42,553 bases of DNA from Verrucomicrobiota bacterium. Its GTDB lineage: Bacteria; Verrucomicrobiota; Kiritimatiellia; UBA8416. Within the stretch, counting starts at the first letter, position 1; each line of letters starts with the position of its first letter. Below the pieces are notes generated by a model, which ran no database searches, was not told the origin of the DNA, and saw only the letters and a program-made list of their open reading frames with translations. Shown one piece after another: positions 26,568 to 34,685 of the stretch. The stretch is from contig JABGOW010000245.1 of NCBI GenBank assembly GCA_018645275.1, positions 1-42,553 on the forward strand. The letters run 5' to 3'. The translations under genes and the position numbers were made by a program.

Positions 26568-27440
26568 TCAGCTCCCGACCAGATATCGAACGTAGAGTCC
26601 CCACCATTCCGAGCCCCAGTACATCCATAGCAGTGCGGCCAGCGAGAGGTATGGACCAAAGGGAAGACGGCTTCCCATCTCCTTCTTTCCCATCAGAATG
26701 CAGGAGATCCCGACAATGGAGCCGGCCAGGGATGAAACCATCACGGTGAAGAGAATGCCTTCCCATCCGAAGAAGGCGCCAATGGCTCCCATAAGCTTGA
26801 CGTCACCGAATCCCATCGCCTCTTTTTTAAAAATGAACTCACCCAGCGTGGCAACCCCCCAGAGCAGTCCAAAACCAGCGCCGGCACCAATTGCAGACCT
26901 TATGAGACTTGGTAGAATCTCGGACTGACCATGCAGCGATGGAACCAGAATGCTGGCCGCAAGGCCACACGCAATACCACCGAGCGTGACGCGGTCAGGG
27001 ATGATCATGTGCTCGAAGTCAACGAAAGTTCCCAGCACCAGCCCCATGACAACCAGCCAGTAAACCGGCACCAGCCAGAAGTCAGTGATCGGCACCAGCC
27101 CTAATGGCCGTGCCCCCGTCACAAGATCGAATTTCAGCCAGGCTAGCAGGAAGAGAAGCGCCACGAGAAGTTCCACCAACACGTACCGTGGAGAGATACG
27201 AACGCCGCAGCGGGCACATTTTCCCCGAAGAAAAAGGTACGCAAAGATCGGTATATTCTGGTACCAGGCAATCGGTTTCTTGCAGGACGGACAGTGAGAA
27301 CCCGGCATCACAACGGAGAGGTCCAGCGGAATGCGATAGATGCAGACATTGAGAAAGCTACCGAGCGAAGCACCCCACGCAACAGAGAGAATCGTGAAAA
27401 AGAGATACCACGGAAATTCCTCACTGAATATGGAAATCAT
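26568..27440 (-). CDS. Prepilin peptidase (A24 family, PilD-like)
   Basis: The start is MISIFSEEFPWYLFF (ATG at 27440). It has an N-terminal zinc motif CPSCKKPIAWYQNIPIFAYLFLRGKCARCG and the aspartyl-protease motifs FVDFEHMIIPD and MGFGDVKLMGAIG. Confidence 0.88.
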   Translation of the reverse strand: MISIFSEEFPWYLFFTILSVAWGASLGSFLNVCIYRIPLDLSVVMPGSHCPSCKKPIAWYQNIPIFAYLFLRGKCARCGVRISPRYVLVELLVALLFLLAWLKFDLVTGARPLGLVPITDFWLVPVYWLVVMGLVLGTFVDFEHMIIPDRVTLGGIACGLAASILVPSLHGQSEILPSLIRSAIGAGAGFGLLWGVATLGEFIFKKEAMGFGDVKLMGAIGAFFGWEGILFTVMVSSLAGSIVGISCILMGKKEMGSRLPFGPYLSLAALLWMYWGSEWWGLYVRYLVGS

Positions 27441-27610
27441 GGCGCAACTTGCCCTTCTTGGTCTTTGCTCCCAAAGGAACCGTATCAAATCGTCAGTCGT
27501 GGAATCCTAGCGCAGCGGGCTCTGTCTTGCACGCCCTGAATGATGTTACGGCGGATGGGACGCATGAGATCCATTGGACATTCCCCAGTTTCTTGCGGGC
27601 AACCCACATC

Positions 27611-27685
27611 GGAGATCCTTCGACTTCGCTCAGGATGACAGAGCTCTAAGGTCATCTGTCATGCCGAGCTTGCCGAGGCATCTCC
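27611..27685. repeat. R2-family inverted repeat (imperfect arms)
   Basis: The arm ggagatccttcgacttcgctcaggatgacag (27611-27641) is paired with ctgtcatgccgagcttgccgaggcatctcc (27656-27685). Confidence 0.8.
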
Positions 27686-27757
27686 GCCACACACCAAGAT
27701 GATTCTCCGGTTTCACTTCCAAGAAGCAGGATGCCCTTGTGTTCACAGGAGTTCTCA

Positions 27758-27984
27758 ATTTGACTTCGTAATGATGACCCCCGCCGGTTTACCCGGTGGG
27801 TGAAAGAGCCTAATAGCCAAACGAATGGCCCATATCAGCCTCCTTTTCCCGCCCTGCCGCCCGCGAGCGGGCGGCAGGGCGGGAAAAGGAGGTGGCGTGA
27901 CTGTTGCGGGTGGCCGCTAAGCTCTTTCACCCACGACACAAGGTCGTGGGGGTCACAAGAACGAGAAGCTATACGAAGTCAAAT
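27758..27984. repeat. 227-nt nested palindromic element with perfect 25-bp GC-rich central hairpin
   Basis: The outer pair atttgacttcgta (27758-27770) / tacgaagtcaaat (27972-27984) is 13/13. The next pair is gaccccc/gggggtc. The middle pair gggtgaaagagc (27798-27809) / gctctttcaccc (27921-27932) is 12/12. The central hairpin at 27839-27892 is cctccttttcccgccctgccgcccg-cgag-cgggcggcagggcgggaaaaggagg, 25/25. Confidence 0.9.
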
Positions 27985-28103
27985 CAACGATCGCACCTCA
28001 AGACCGGGATAGTCCTCATGACTTCCGCGATTGAATCCGGATGGGTTAGACGCTAGAATGCAGCCTTCATCAATCTGGAAGCAGAACAGAAGGAGACGTG
28101 GTC

Positions 28104-28661
28104 ATGATCTTGATTCTCATCGGTATCGCAGTGGTAGTGTTGGTCGTTGTTTTTGGCATGTACAACGGGCTGATCGGCAAGAAGAACAATGTTGAAAACG
28201 CTTTTGCCTCAATAGATACCATTCTGAAAAAGCGCTACGATCTCATTCCCAATCTTGTTGCAGCCGTGAAGCAATACATGGAACATGAACGCGGCTTGCT
28301 TGAGAATGTCACAGCCCTCCGCGCCAAGGCGACCTCTGGCAACATCTCATCTGACGAAGCCATCACACTGAACAACGAGATCAACAAGACCATGGGCGGC
28401 ATCATGGTGGCGGTTGAGAGCTACCCCGAGCTCAAGGCCAATGACAACTTCAAGGATCTTCAGCGCTCGCTCAACGAAGTTGAAGAGCAACTCTCCGCCG
28501 CACGGCGCGCGTTCAATGCCGCCGTTACGGATTTCAATAATGCCGTTGAGATGTTCCCGACAAATATCATGGCAGGCATGATGCATTACACGCGGCGACA
28601 GCTCTTTGAGATTCCGGAAGTCGAACGCGAGAATCCTGACGTAAAGAGCCTGTTCGCGTAG
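28104..28661 (+). CDS. LemA family protein (second copy)
   Basis: It reads MILILIGIAVVVLVVVFGMYNGLIGKKNNVENAFASIDTILKKRYDLIPNLVAAVKQYMEHE. An AAGGAGA RBS lies 7 nt before the ATG at 28104. The GTG at 28098 in the ORF track is too close to the RBS. Confidence 0.9.
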   Translation: MILILIGIAVVVLVVVFGMYNGLIGKKNNVENAFASIDTILKKRYDLIPNLVAAVKQYMEHERGLLENVTALRAKATSGNISSDEAITLNNEINKTMGGIMVAVESYPELKANDNFKDLQRSLNEVEEQLSAARRAFNAAVTDFNNAVEMFPTNIMAGMMHYTRRQLFEIPEVERENPDVKSLFA

Positions 28662-28734
28662 CGACCGCTGCGCATCTGCGCGGGGTTACGGATCGTCAGG
28701 ACGCGCCATAGGCGTCAAGAGTGGAGGGTACCGC

Positions 28735-29706
28735 ATGAAAACAGTTGAGGAATTCAAGGCTTACTACGAGAAAGACCTCCGTCCCACGCTGGAGATTCTG
28801 GAAGGTGAGCGGAAGTCCAGTCTTCGCAATGCCAGCATCGCATGCGGGCTGATCGCGGTTGTTGTGCTCGGGGCAGTGGGCACGATTCTGGCGTCTGGTG
28901 GACCGCCGATGTTTGCCCTGGTGCTTGCGGGGATTGGTGCCGCGCTGGCGTTTGGTGCCTTGCAGCTGTTCACACGAGGCTTCAAGAGCCAGTTCAAGGA
29001 CTCGATCATCCGGCCGATCATTGCGTATGTAAGCCCCGAGCTCACCTACGCACCGCAGGGCAAGGTCTCCCGCGGTGAGTTCCAGAGCAGCACGCTGTTC
29101 AAGCACCGTATTGACCGCTACAAGGGAGAAGATCTTGTTGAAGGGCTGGTTGACAAGACCGGAATACGCTTCTCAGAGCTGCATGCGGAATACAAGACAA
29201 CCACGACGGACAGCAAGGGTCGGCGGCGTACGCAGTGGCATACGATTTTCAAGGGGCTGTTCTTCGTTGCCGATTTCAACAAGCACTTTCATGGCCGTAC
29301 CGTGGTGCTGCCAGACTCTGCAGAGAAGCTGTTCGGTCGCCTGGGGCAGAAACTGCAGTCTTGGAATGTCTCCCGAGACGATCTGGTGAAGCTGGAGGAT
29401 CCCGAATTTGAAAGAGAATTCGTCGTCTATGCCACCGACCAGGTTGAGGCGCGCTACATTCTCTCCACAGCACTCATGCGCCGCATTCTTGAATTCAAAC
29501 GCAAGATGAAGGTACCTGTCCATATCGGGTTCGTGAACGCCAATCTCTATATGGCGCTCAGTATCAAGAAAAACATGTTCGAGCCCCGTGTGCTTCGAAC
29601 CATTCTGGATTTCGAAATGGTGCGCGAGTATCTCGAAGATGTCATGCTCGCCGTGGGCATTGTGGAGGAGATGAATCTCAATACACGTATCTGGACGAAG
29701 GAATAG
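28735..29706 (+). CDS. DUF3137-family membrane protein
   Basis: The 323-aa ORF has an N-terminal helix (YYEKDLRPTLEILEGERK) and two TM helices. The C-terminal domain has FSELHAEYKTTTTDSKGRRRTQWHTIFKGLFFVADFNKHF. This architecture and its position after LemA are typical of DUF3137. Confidence 0.7.
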   Translation: MKTVEEFKAYYEKDLRPTLEILEGERKSSLRNASIACGLIAVVVLGAVGTILASGGPPMFALVLAGIGAALAFGALQLFTRGFKSQFKDSIIRPIIAYVSPELTYAPQGKVSRGEFQSSTLFKHRIDRYKGEDLVEGLVDKTGIRFSELHAEYKTTTTDSKGRRRTQWHTIFKGLFFVADFNKHFHGRTVVLPDSAEKLFGRLGQKLQSWNVSRDDLVKLEDPEFEREFVVYATDQVEARYILSTALMRRILEFKRKMKVPVHIGFVNANLYMALSIKKNMFEPRVLRTILDFEMVREYLEDVMLAVGIVEEMNLNTRIWTKE

Positions 29707-29725
29707 CCGACTGAGGACGGTCTCC

Positions 29726-30550
29726 ATGAACGACGAAACCGGAAGCGACCGCATCAAGGCGCGCTTGAACACCATCATCTTCGGTGCAGAGACGCCGCTG
29801 GGGCGCGCCTATGACATCGCGTTGCTGGGCGTGATTGGCATGAGCGTTTTCATGGTCATGCTCGACAGTGTTGCGTCGTTGCATGCCAGTTATGGCCGGT
29901 TCTTCTATGCCTTCGAGTGGGGGTTCACCGTGTTCTTCACGCTGGAGTACCTGGTGCGACTCTGGTGTGGAGACAAGGCGCTGCGCTACGCCTTCAGTTT
30001 CTTCGGTATCGTGGACTTTCTCGGGGTGATCCCGACATACCTGGGCCTGTTGTTCCATGGCAGCCACTACTTGGTCGCGATTCGCTTTTTGCGCGTGCTA
30101 CGCGTTTTCCGTGTGATGAAGCTCTCATCTTACGAAGGAGAGCTTCGGGCGATGAGCCTAGCGTTGAAAGCGAGCCGACGGCGGATCTTGGTCTTCCTCT
30201 TTTTCGTGATGACAATGGTGGTTGTTCTCGGCTCGCTGATGTATGTGGTGGAGGGCGAAGCCAATGGTTTCACAAGTATCCCGACGAGCATCTACTGGGC
30301 AATCGTGACACTGACAACGGTTGGATACGGCGACATCTCGCCGGGTACTCCGCTGGGGCAGGCCGTTGCGGCTCTCTTGATGATTCTGGGCTACAGCATC
30401 ATCGTCGTCCCAACGGGAATCGTATCGGTGGAAGCTGCACGGTCGGGGCAGGCCGCTCCGGAGCGCCAGTGTCCGTCGTGCCGAACCGCTGGACATGATG
30501 TGGATGCCACGCACTGCAAGTTCTGTGGCGTTTTGCTCGAAGAGCGGTGA
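29726..30550 (+). CDS. Voltage-gated-type (6TM) potassium channel with C-terminal zinc-ribbon tail
   Basis: It has an S4-like AIRFLRVLRVFRVMKL and the selectivity filter TLTTVGYGD. The C-terminus is CPSCRTAGHDVDATHCKFCG. A 19-nt gap separates it from the upstream DUF3137 gene. Confidence 0.88.
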   Translation: MNDETGSDRIKARLNTIIFGAETPLGRAYDIALLGVIGMSVFMVMLDSVASLHASYGRFFYAFEWGFTVFFTLEYLVRLWCGDKALRYAFSFFGIVDFLGVIPTYLGLLFHGSHYLVAIRFLRVLRVFRVMKLSSYEGELRAMSLALKASRRRILVFLFFVMTMVVVLGSLMYVVEGEANGFTSIPTSIYWAIVTLTTVGYGDISPGTPLGQAVAALLMILGYSIIVVPTGIVSVEAARSGQAAPERQCPSCRTAGHDVDATHCKFCGVLLEER

Positions 30551-30556
30551 TTCGGG

Positions 30557-31399
30557 CTACTGGATTGTGACGTGGGGGCGGATGCGCTCAAGGGTTTGAA
30601 CGCCGATGCCGGGCACTCTGGTCAGATCTTCAAGCACATGGTATGGACGCCCGGAAATGATCCGGGCCGCGGTCACTTCGCCAATCCCCGGCAAACGTAT
30701 CAGGGCGTCACTTTCTGCCGTATTGATGTCAACCGCTGTCAGGGGCTCCTGGGCGAGTTCGTAGAAAGCCCGGAGCTCGGCCTCTTCCTTTCGCGCCGCC
30801 GCTCGCAGAGCAACCAATCGCTCGGGATCAGTAGATGCCCATACCCCCCGACGGGCTAGCATCGCGCTGCACTCTACATCGTTGAGCAGAGCCTCCTGTT
30901 CATCGTGTGGAACGTCCTCTGGCGTACGCCGACGAATGCCATAGGCCCGGGCAAGACCGCTCGCAACCAGGAGGTCGCCCAAGTCTTGTCCCTTTGAATT
31001 GCGCACAAACCCGTACTGCCGACCACCCGCCGAGCGGCCCGGTGCGGAAGCAAAGGCGGTACACACAGTGAAGGGCTTGGCAAGCTGCTGCTGGGTGAAT
31101 GCGGCGGCCTCTTTGCCGAACCGAACGGTCTCCTTACCGCTCGTCAGACCAAAATATCGCGTCTGAGCCCGTACCCGCCTTGCATCGGTGCTGTTGCCGA
31201 CGGAGGTCTCGGGACAATCCACGAAATAGAGCCGAATGGTAACCTCACGGTCGCCAAGTTTGACGCGGAAGCTATCACCATCGCCATGGAACGGGGCTGA
31301 CAAGACCACATTCGAGAATGTCTGCAGCTCTGCCGCACCAGCGGAAGCAGCGGCAAGAAGCGCCGCACAAAGAAAGAGAATCAAGCCGTTTGCTTTCAT
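30557..31399 (-). CDS. Secreted staphylococcal-nuclease-like (SNase/thermonuclease) domain fused to ComEA-type helix-hairpin-helix DNA-binding domain
   Basis: It starts with the signal peptide MKANGLILFLCAALLAAASAGA. The SNase-like segment is HGDGDSFRVKLGDREVTIRLYFVDCPETS...DLGDLLVASGLARA. The C-terminal VDINTAESDALIRLPGIGEVTAARIISGRPY..LEDLTRVPGIGVQTLERI is a double HhH. Confidence 0.65.
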   Translation of the reverse strand: MKANGLILFLCAALLAAASAGAAELQTFSNVVLSAPFHGDGDSFRVKLGDREVTIRLYFVDCPETSVGNSTDARRVRAQTRYFGLTSGKETVRFGKEAAAFTQQQLAKPFTVCTAFASAPGRSAGGRQYGFVRNSKGQDLGDLLVASGLARAYGIRRRTPEDVPHDEQEALLNDVECSAMLARRGVWASTDPERLVALRAAARKEEAELRAFYELAQEPLTAVDINTAESDALIRLPGIGEVTAARIISGRPYHVLEDLTRVPGIGVQTLERIRPHVTIQ

Positions 31400-31494
31400 C
31401 CCACGAGTATCGCGCGCCACCCGCCAAAAGGCAAGAGGCGAGGATGCCCGGCGTATTCTCCTGGGTGTTTCTCGTCAACCGATCTGACTCTGCA

Positions 31495-31792
31495 GAATCT
31501 AACCGCTGATGGCACAGATGGGTACGGATTCTCTCGCGGCTCCGCCGCTGGCTCTGCCAGCGGCGCAGAAACGGGGTTACCGAGCAGAGAATTGATAACG
31601 TTCAAATGCTGACGTTTGGCCCCCTGCCAGCTTGTCTGGCAGGAGTCAAGAGCTTATCAGCCAATGGAGCATCCGTGCCCATCTACGGTCACTCTCTATT
31701 CGGTGCACCGCGTCTTTCTGTCATCCTGAGCTTGCCGAAGGATCTCAAGGACGACGAGAGAGCACGAGATCCTTCGACAAGCTCAGGATGAC
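31495..31792 (+). repeat. Composite intergenic repeat block (R1 unit, linker, R2 inverted repeat)
   Basis: The R1 5' part is gaatctaaccgctgatggcacagatgggtacggattctc (31495-). The R1 3' end is catccgtgcccatctacggtcac (31670-31692). The linker is tctctattcggtgcaccgcgtctttct. The R2 arms are 31720-31746 and 31766-31792 (26/27 complementary). Confidence 0.85.
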
Positions 31793-31854
31793 AAGTGGTT
31801 ATGGTGAACTGGTTTACCGAATGCTCAAGATGGTGCCGCAACCCATTGGCTCTG

Positions 31855-31891
31855 CACTGTCTAACCGCTGATGGCACGGATGGGCACGGAT
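31855..31891 (+). repeat. R1 repeat, 5' core only
   Basis: The sequence is cactgtctaaccgctgatggcacggatgggcacggat. It matches the reverse complement of 1749-1785 and the cores at 31497 and 33843. Confidence 0.85.
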
Positions 31892-31969
31892 GTCTTGTGG
31901 CTACGCCCTCCTGCATTGGGGGCAATCAACCTTATGGGCATTGACTGTTGCTTGGAGGGATATGCTGGG

Positions 31970-33157
31970 CTACCCACCAAACCGGACCCCTGCAACGGCA
32001 CCTGCGACATAACCACTGGCATCCACGTCGACGGTGTTCGGGCCCACATCGACGCTGACTTCATCTTCCAGCCACTCGTAGCCTCCCCATGCACCCGCGA
32101 ACAGGCCATTGGAGAACTCGATATTCACACCCCCGGTAACGCCTGCCCCAAAAATCAGCTCCCCTTCGCTCCCGCGATCCGACCAACTTCCCAGTGATGC
32201 GCTGCTGCCATCAGAGTACGACCTGGTGAAAGTCTCATGACGAGACACGTCGACATCCACATAGTTGGCCGACACCCGTGGCGTCACGGAAAGGGTTACG
32301 CTCTTGCCAACCTGTGCCCCCAACTGCGAGCCTATCCACAGCGAATGAATATCGCTCTGTATCGACATATCAATGAAATTGCGGTTCGTCCACTCTCGTT
32401 GGCTCCTCAGTACGGTCGATTCCTGCGAGCGAGAGGCGGTACTGGAACTGGGGCCATAAGGAATCACAGGTCCCCCGGATGCTCCCGCATGCGGTGCGGC
32501 TGGCATTGTAATGCCGGAAACATCATACGTAAGCGTTCCCGTATTGCTCCTGTAAATCGTGTAGTTCCCTTCTACAACGTGCTCAGAAAATGTCGATCCG
32601 GACATCTGTGCTTTCGCATCCCATATACCTGACAATCCGACGCAGAAATCTATCTGAAAGGTCTCTGCTTCCATGAGCGGGCACCCCACGCGAAACTCAA
32701 CCCCGTTGCCATCAAACGTTTCCGAGAAGGTCGCGTTCCGATCCTGCATCACAGTCGGCGTTACGGTATAGAGACTCGCGACATCACGCGCATGGGAGTA
32801 GTTTAGCGTTAGTGTCCGCTGAACGGGATCGTACTGCCCTGACTGCTCATATCCCCAGTTCCAGGTATAGCCGAACGTGGGCGACAGAAAATCATACGTG
32901 CCAGAATCAGGAAGGACATAACCGTTCGAAAACGACCGACCACTGGCCCCGTGAGAGTAATCGAACTCCCTCTCCTCATAGCGCACACTCTGCGTTCGTG
33001 GTAAAGCCTGGGAATATGAAGAGCCCGACGTCTCAGCCTTCATGCCGCCGCGATAGGTCGGTCCAACATCAAACCAAATATTCCCTTTGGCCTCGTTTAC
33101 GGCGAACACACACAGCCCAACACCTATTATGACAGAGAAAAACGTGGCATACTTCAT
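31970..33157 (-). CDS. Secreted / outer-membrane beta-barrel-like protein, unknown function
   Basis: The 395-aa ORF has the signal peptide MKYATFFSVIIGVGLCVFAVNEAKG. It has Gly/Ser/Thr/Tyr-rich alternating beta-strand-like composition. The C-terminal strand is ASGYVAGAVAGVRFGG. Confidence 0.6.
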   Translation of the reverse strand: MKYATFFSVIIGVGLCVFAVNEAKGNIWFDVGPTYRGGMKAETSGSSYSQALPRTQSVRYEEREFDYSHGASGRSFSNGYVLPDSGTYDFLSPTFGYTWNWGYEQSGQYDPVQRTLTLNYSHARDVASLYTVTPTVMQDRNATFSETFDGNGVEFRVGCPLMEAETFQIDFCVGLSGIWDAKAQMSGSTFSEHVVEGNYTIYRSNTGTLTYDVSGITMPAAPHAGASGGPVIPYGPSSSTASRSQESTVLRSQREWTNRNFIDMSIQSDIHSLWIGSQLGAQVGKSVTLSVTPRVSANYVDVDVSRHETFTRSYSDGSSASLGSWSDRGSEGELIFGAGVTGGVNIEFSNGLFAGAWGGYEWLEDEVSVDVGPNTVDVDASGYVAGAVAGVRFGG

Positions 33158-33328
33158 AATGCAGATCTCCTATTCCTGTGTTTACTCTACAACTTGTTCA
33201 AGAGACATTTGAATCGGTCACTTGCGGCATAGAACTGACTGAGAACCCACAATGGTTCTCTACAGACCCTTAGATCGAGTTCTTCCCAACATTGCCCATT
33301 CCCGGTCAAAGCGCAACACGCAGTCTGG

Positions 33329-33676
33329 TTATAGTGGATTTCCGAAAACAGAGAATTGAACGGAAGAGCCATCAGACTCCCCTACCCAGAAATCCCCGCT
33401 GTGCAAATACCAGAAGTTCAGATCATCCCTTCCATCACCGGTAAGATCGCTGACAAAGCGATAGGCGTAGCTTGAGCTCGGAATAGAGGGCCATGCATTT
33501 CCTGCTGGTGTCCAATTGATGAGTGCACCATCGGAAAGGCCAAATGAAATGTTGCCAGTCGCGCCATGCCAGAACCCGATGTCTGTGCGCCCGCCGACTG
33601 GCCGACCTCCAAACAAGCACACACTCCATATACACTTTTGTGTAGTATGCCGCAGACGACAGGAAGATGTAAGCAT
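33329..33676 (-). pseudogene. Possible FG-GAP/VCBS-like repeat gene fragment
   Basis: The C-terminal 90 or so codons show two FG-GAP-like units (GGRTDIGFWHGATGN..., DLTGDGRDDLNFWYLHSGDFWVGESDG). There is no signal peptide or credible N-terminus, and the upstream part of the ORF runs into repeat sequence. Confidence 0.3.
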
Positions 33677-33838
33677 AATGTGTATCGGGGATTCCCTGAA
33701 TTTCACATAAGGGTTGTCCCTATGAGCTGTACGCGCCACGCTCCGACGTGTCACGGCGTAGCCTAAGGCGAAGGCAAAGACTGAGTGGCGTGCGAACGTC
33801 ACGGTCCCCCTCCATTCGGTGACGCCCCTCTGGCTCTT

Positions 33839-33957
33839 CAGAATCTAACCGCTGATGGCACGGATGGGTCCGGATTTTCTGGGGCTCTGCCGCTGGCTTT
33901 GCTGGTGGTGCAGCAGAGCATGCGTATCCGTACCCATCTGCGCCCATCCGCGGTCAC
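33839..33957 (+). repeat. R1 repeat, full-length copy
   Basis: The sequence is cagaatctaaccgctgatggcacggatgggtccggattttctggggctctgccgctgg...gcatgcgtatccgtacccatctgcgcccatccgcggtcac. It is colinear with the reverse complement of 1691-1785. Confidence 0.85.
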
Positions 33958-34118
33958 CCACAGAGGCGGGCAAAGTGCGACAAGAGGCCCGTGGGCTAAT
34001 GCTCGCGCCAAACGGCCTCAACGTGCTGTTCGCTGCACTTGCTGGCATCTAAGCTCTCTCGCCTGCCGGGCAAGCCGGCAGGGGGAGCCTCCTCAGGCGG
34101 CAACACTTGAGGGATACT

Positions 34119-34304
34119 CTACTTTTTATCCAGCGGCATGGGGTTGCAGAGATTCTGGGCATCGTCTGCAACGCGTCCGCAGTTAAAGCAGATGAACTGT
34201 GGGTTCTGTACGAGCTCTTTCACCTCGTCCAGCTTGCCCTCGGCGAAGAGAACGCAAAGGTGTCCAACGTGATCATGTTGTGTCTGGCACGCATACTTGG
34301 TCAT
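34119..34304 (-). CDS. Small Cys/His-rich protein (61 aa), unknown function
   Basis: It reads MTKYACQTQHDHVGHLCVLFAEGKLDEVKELVQNPQFICFNCGRVADDAQNLCNPMPLDKK. It has a very strong RBS (AGGAGGAAGAACC-ATG), a CxxC motif, and three further Cys and three His. Confidence 0.65.
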   Translation of the reverse strand: MTKYACQTQHDHVGHLCVLFAEGKLDEVKELVQNPQFICFNCGRVADDAQNLCNPMPLDKK

Positions 34305-34440
34305 GGTTCTTCCTCCTAATGACGTCATGTTCAGTTCAGGTTACGCCTGAACCATAGCGCACGCGAAGTCCTGACGTCTAGCGTGAACAGCGATAGAGCC
34401 CGCTGAAATGTTAGCGATTCATTGCATGATGTGTGCTCCG

Positions 34441-34524
34441 TTGTAGCGGCCCGAGGGCGGGCCGCCTCCATTATTTCAAGAGATCCTTATTTTGCAGTAA
34501 TGGAGCCGGGGCGCCCTCGCCCCG
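34441..34524 (+). repeat. R4 structured element, copy 1 (upstream of efflux operon)
   Basis: It reads ttgtagcggcccgagggcgggccgcctccatt - 26-nt core - aatggagccggggcgccctcgccccg. Both arms are identical to the reverse complement of 40577-40660. Confidence 0.9.
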
Positions 34525-34685
34525 AAGAAACGGCTTGCGGCACGTGCGGGGAGAGTGGTCCAGGGGCACATTCAAACTCACAACCCTATTGCAAAATTAG
34601 GCATTTGCTGCCTAAATATGGCTTGGCACATTTGAGTTCAAATGGCATTTCGAAGTGAATGCCGACAAACGGGGGTGGTTTTGCC

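Noticed and set aside
28098-28103. GTG start for the second LemA as given in the ORF track.
   Set aside because: The AAGGAGA Shine-Dalgarno ends 1 nt before this GTG. The ATG at 28104 has proper spacing.
34560-34658. TGGCAC motif suggesting a sigma-54 promoter in front of the efflux operon.
   Set aside because: The GG and GC elements are not separated by the required 10 nt: TGGCACATTTGAGTTCA has AG where GC should be. No enhancer-binding protein gene is nearby.
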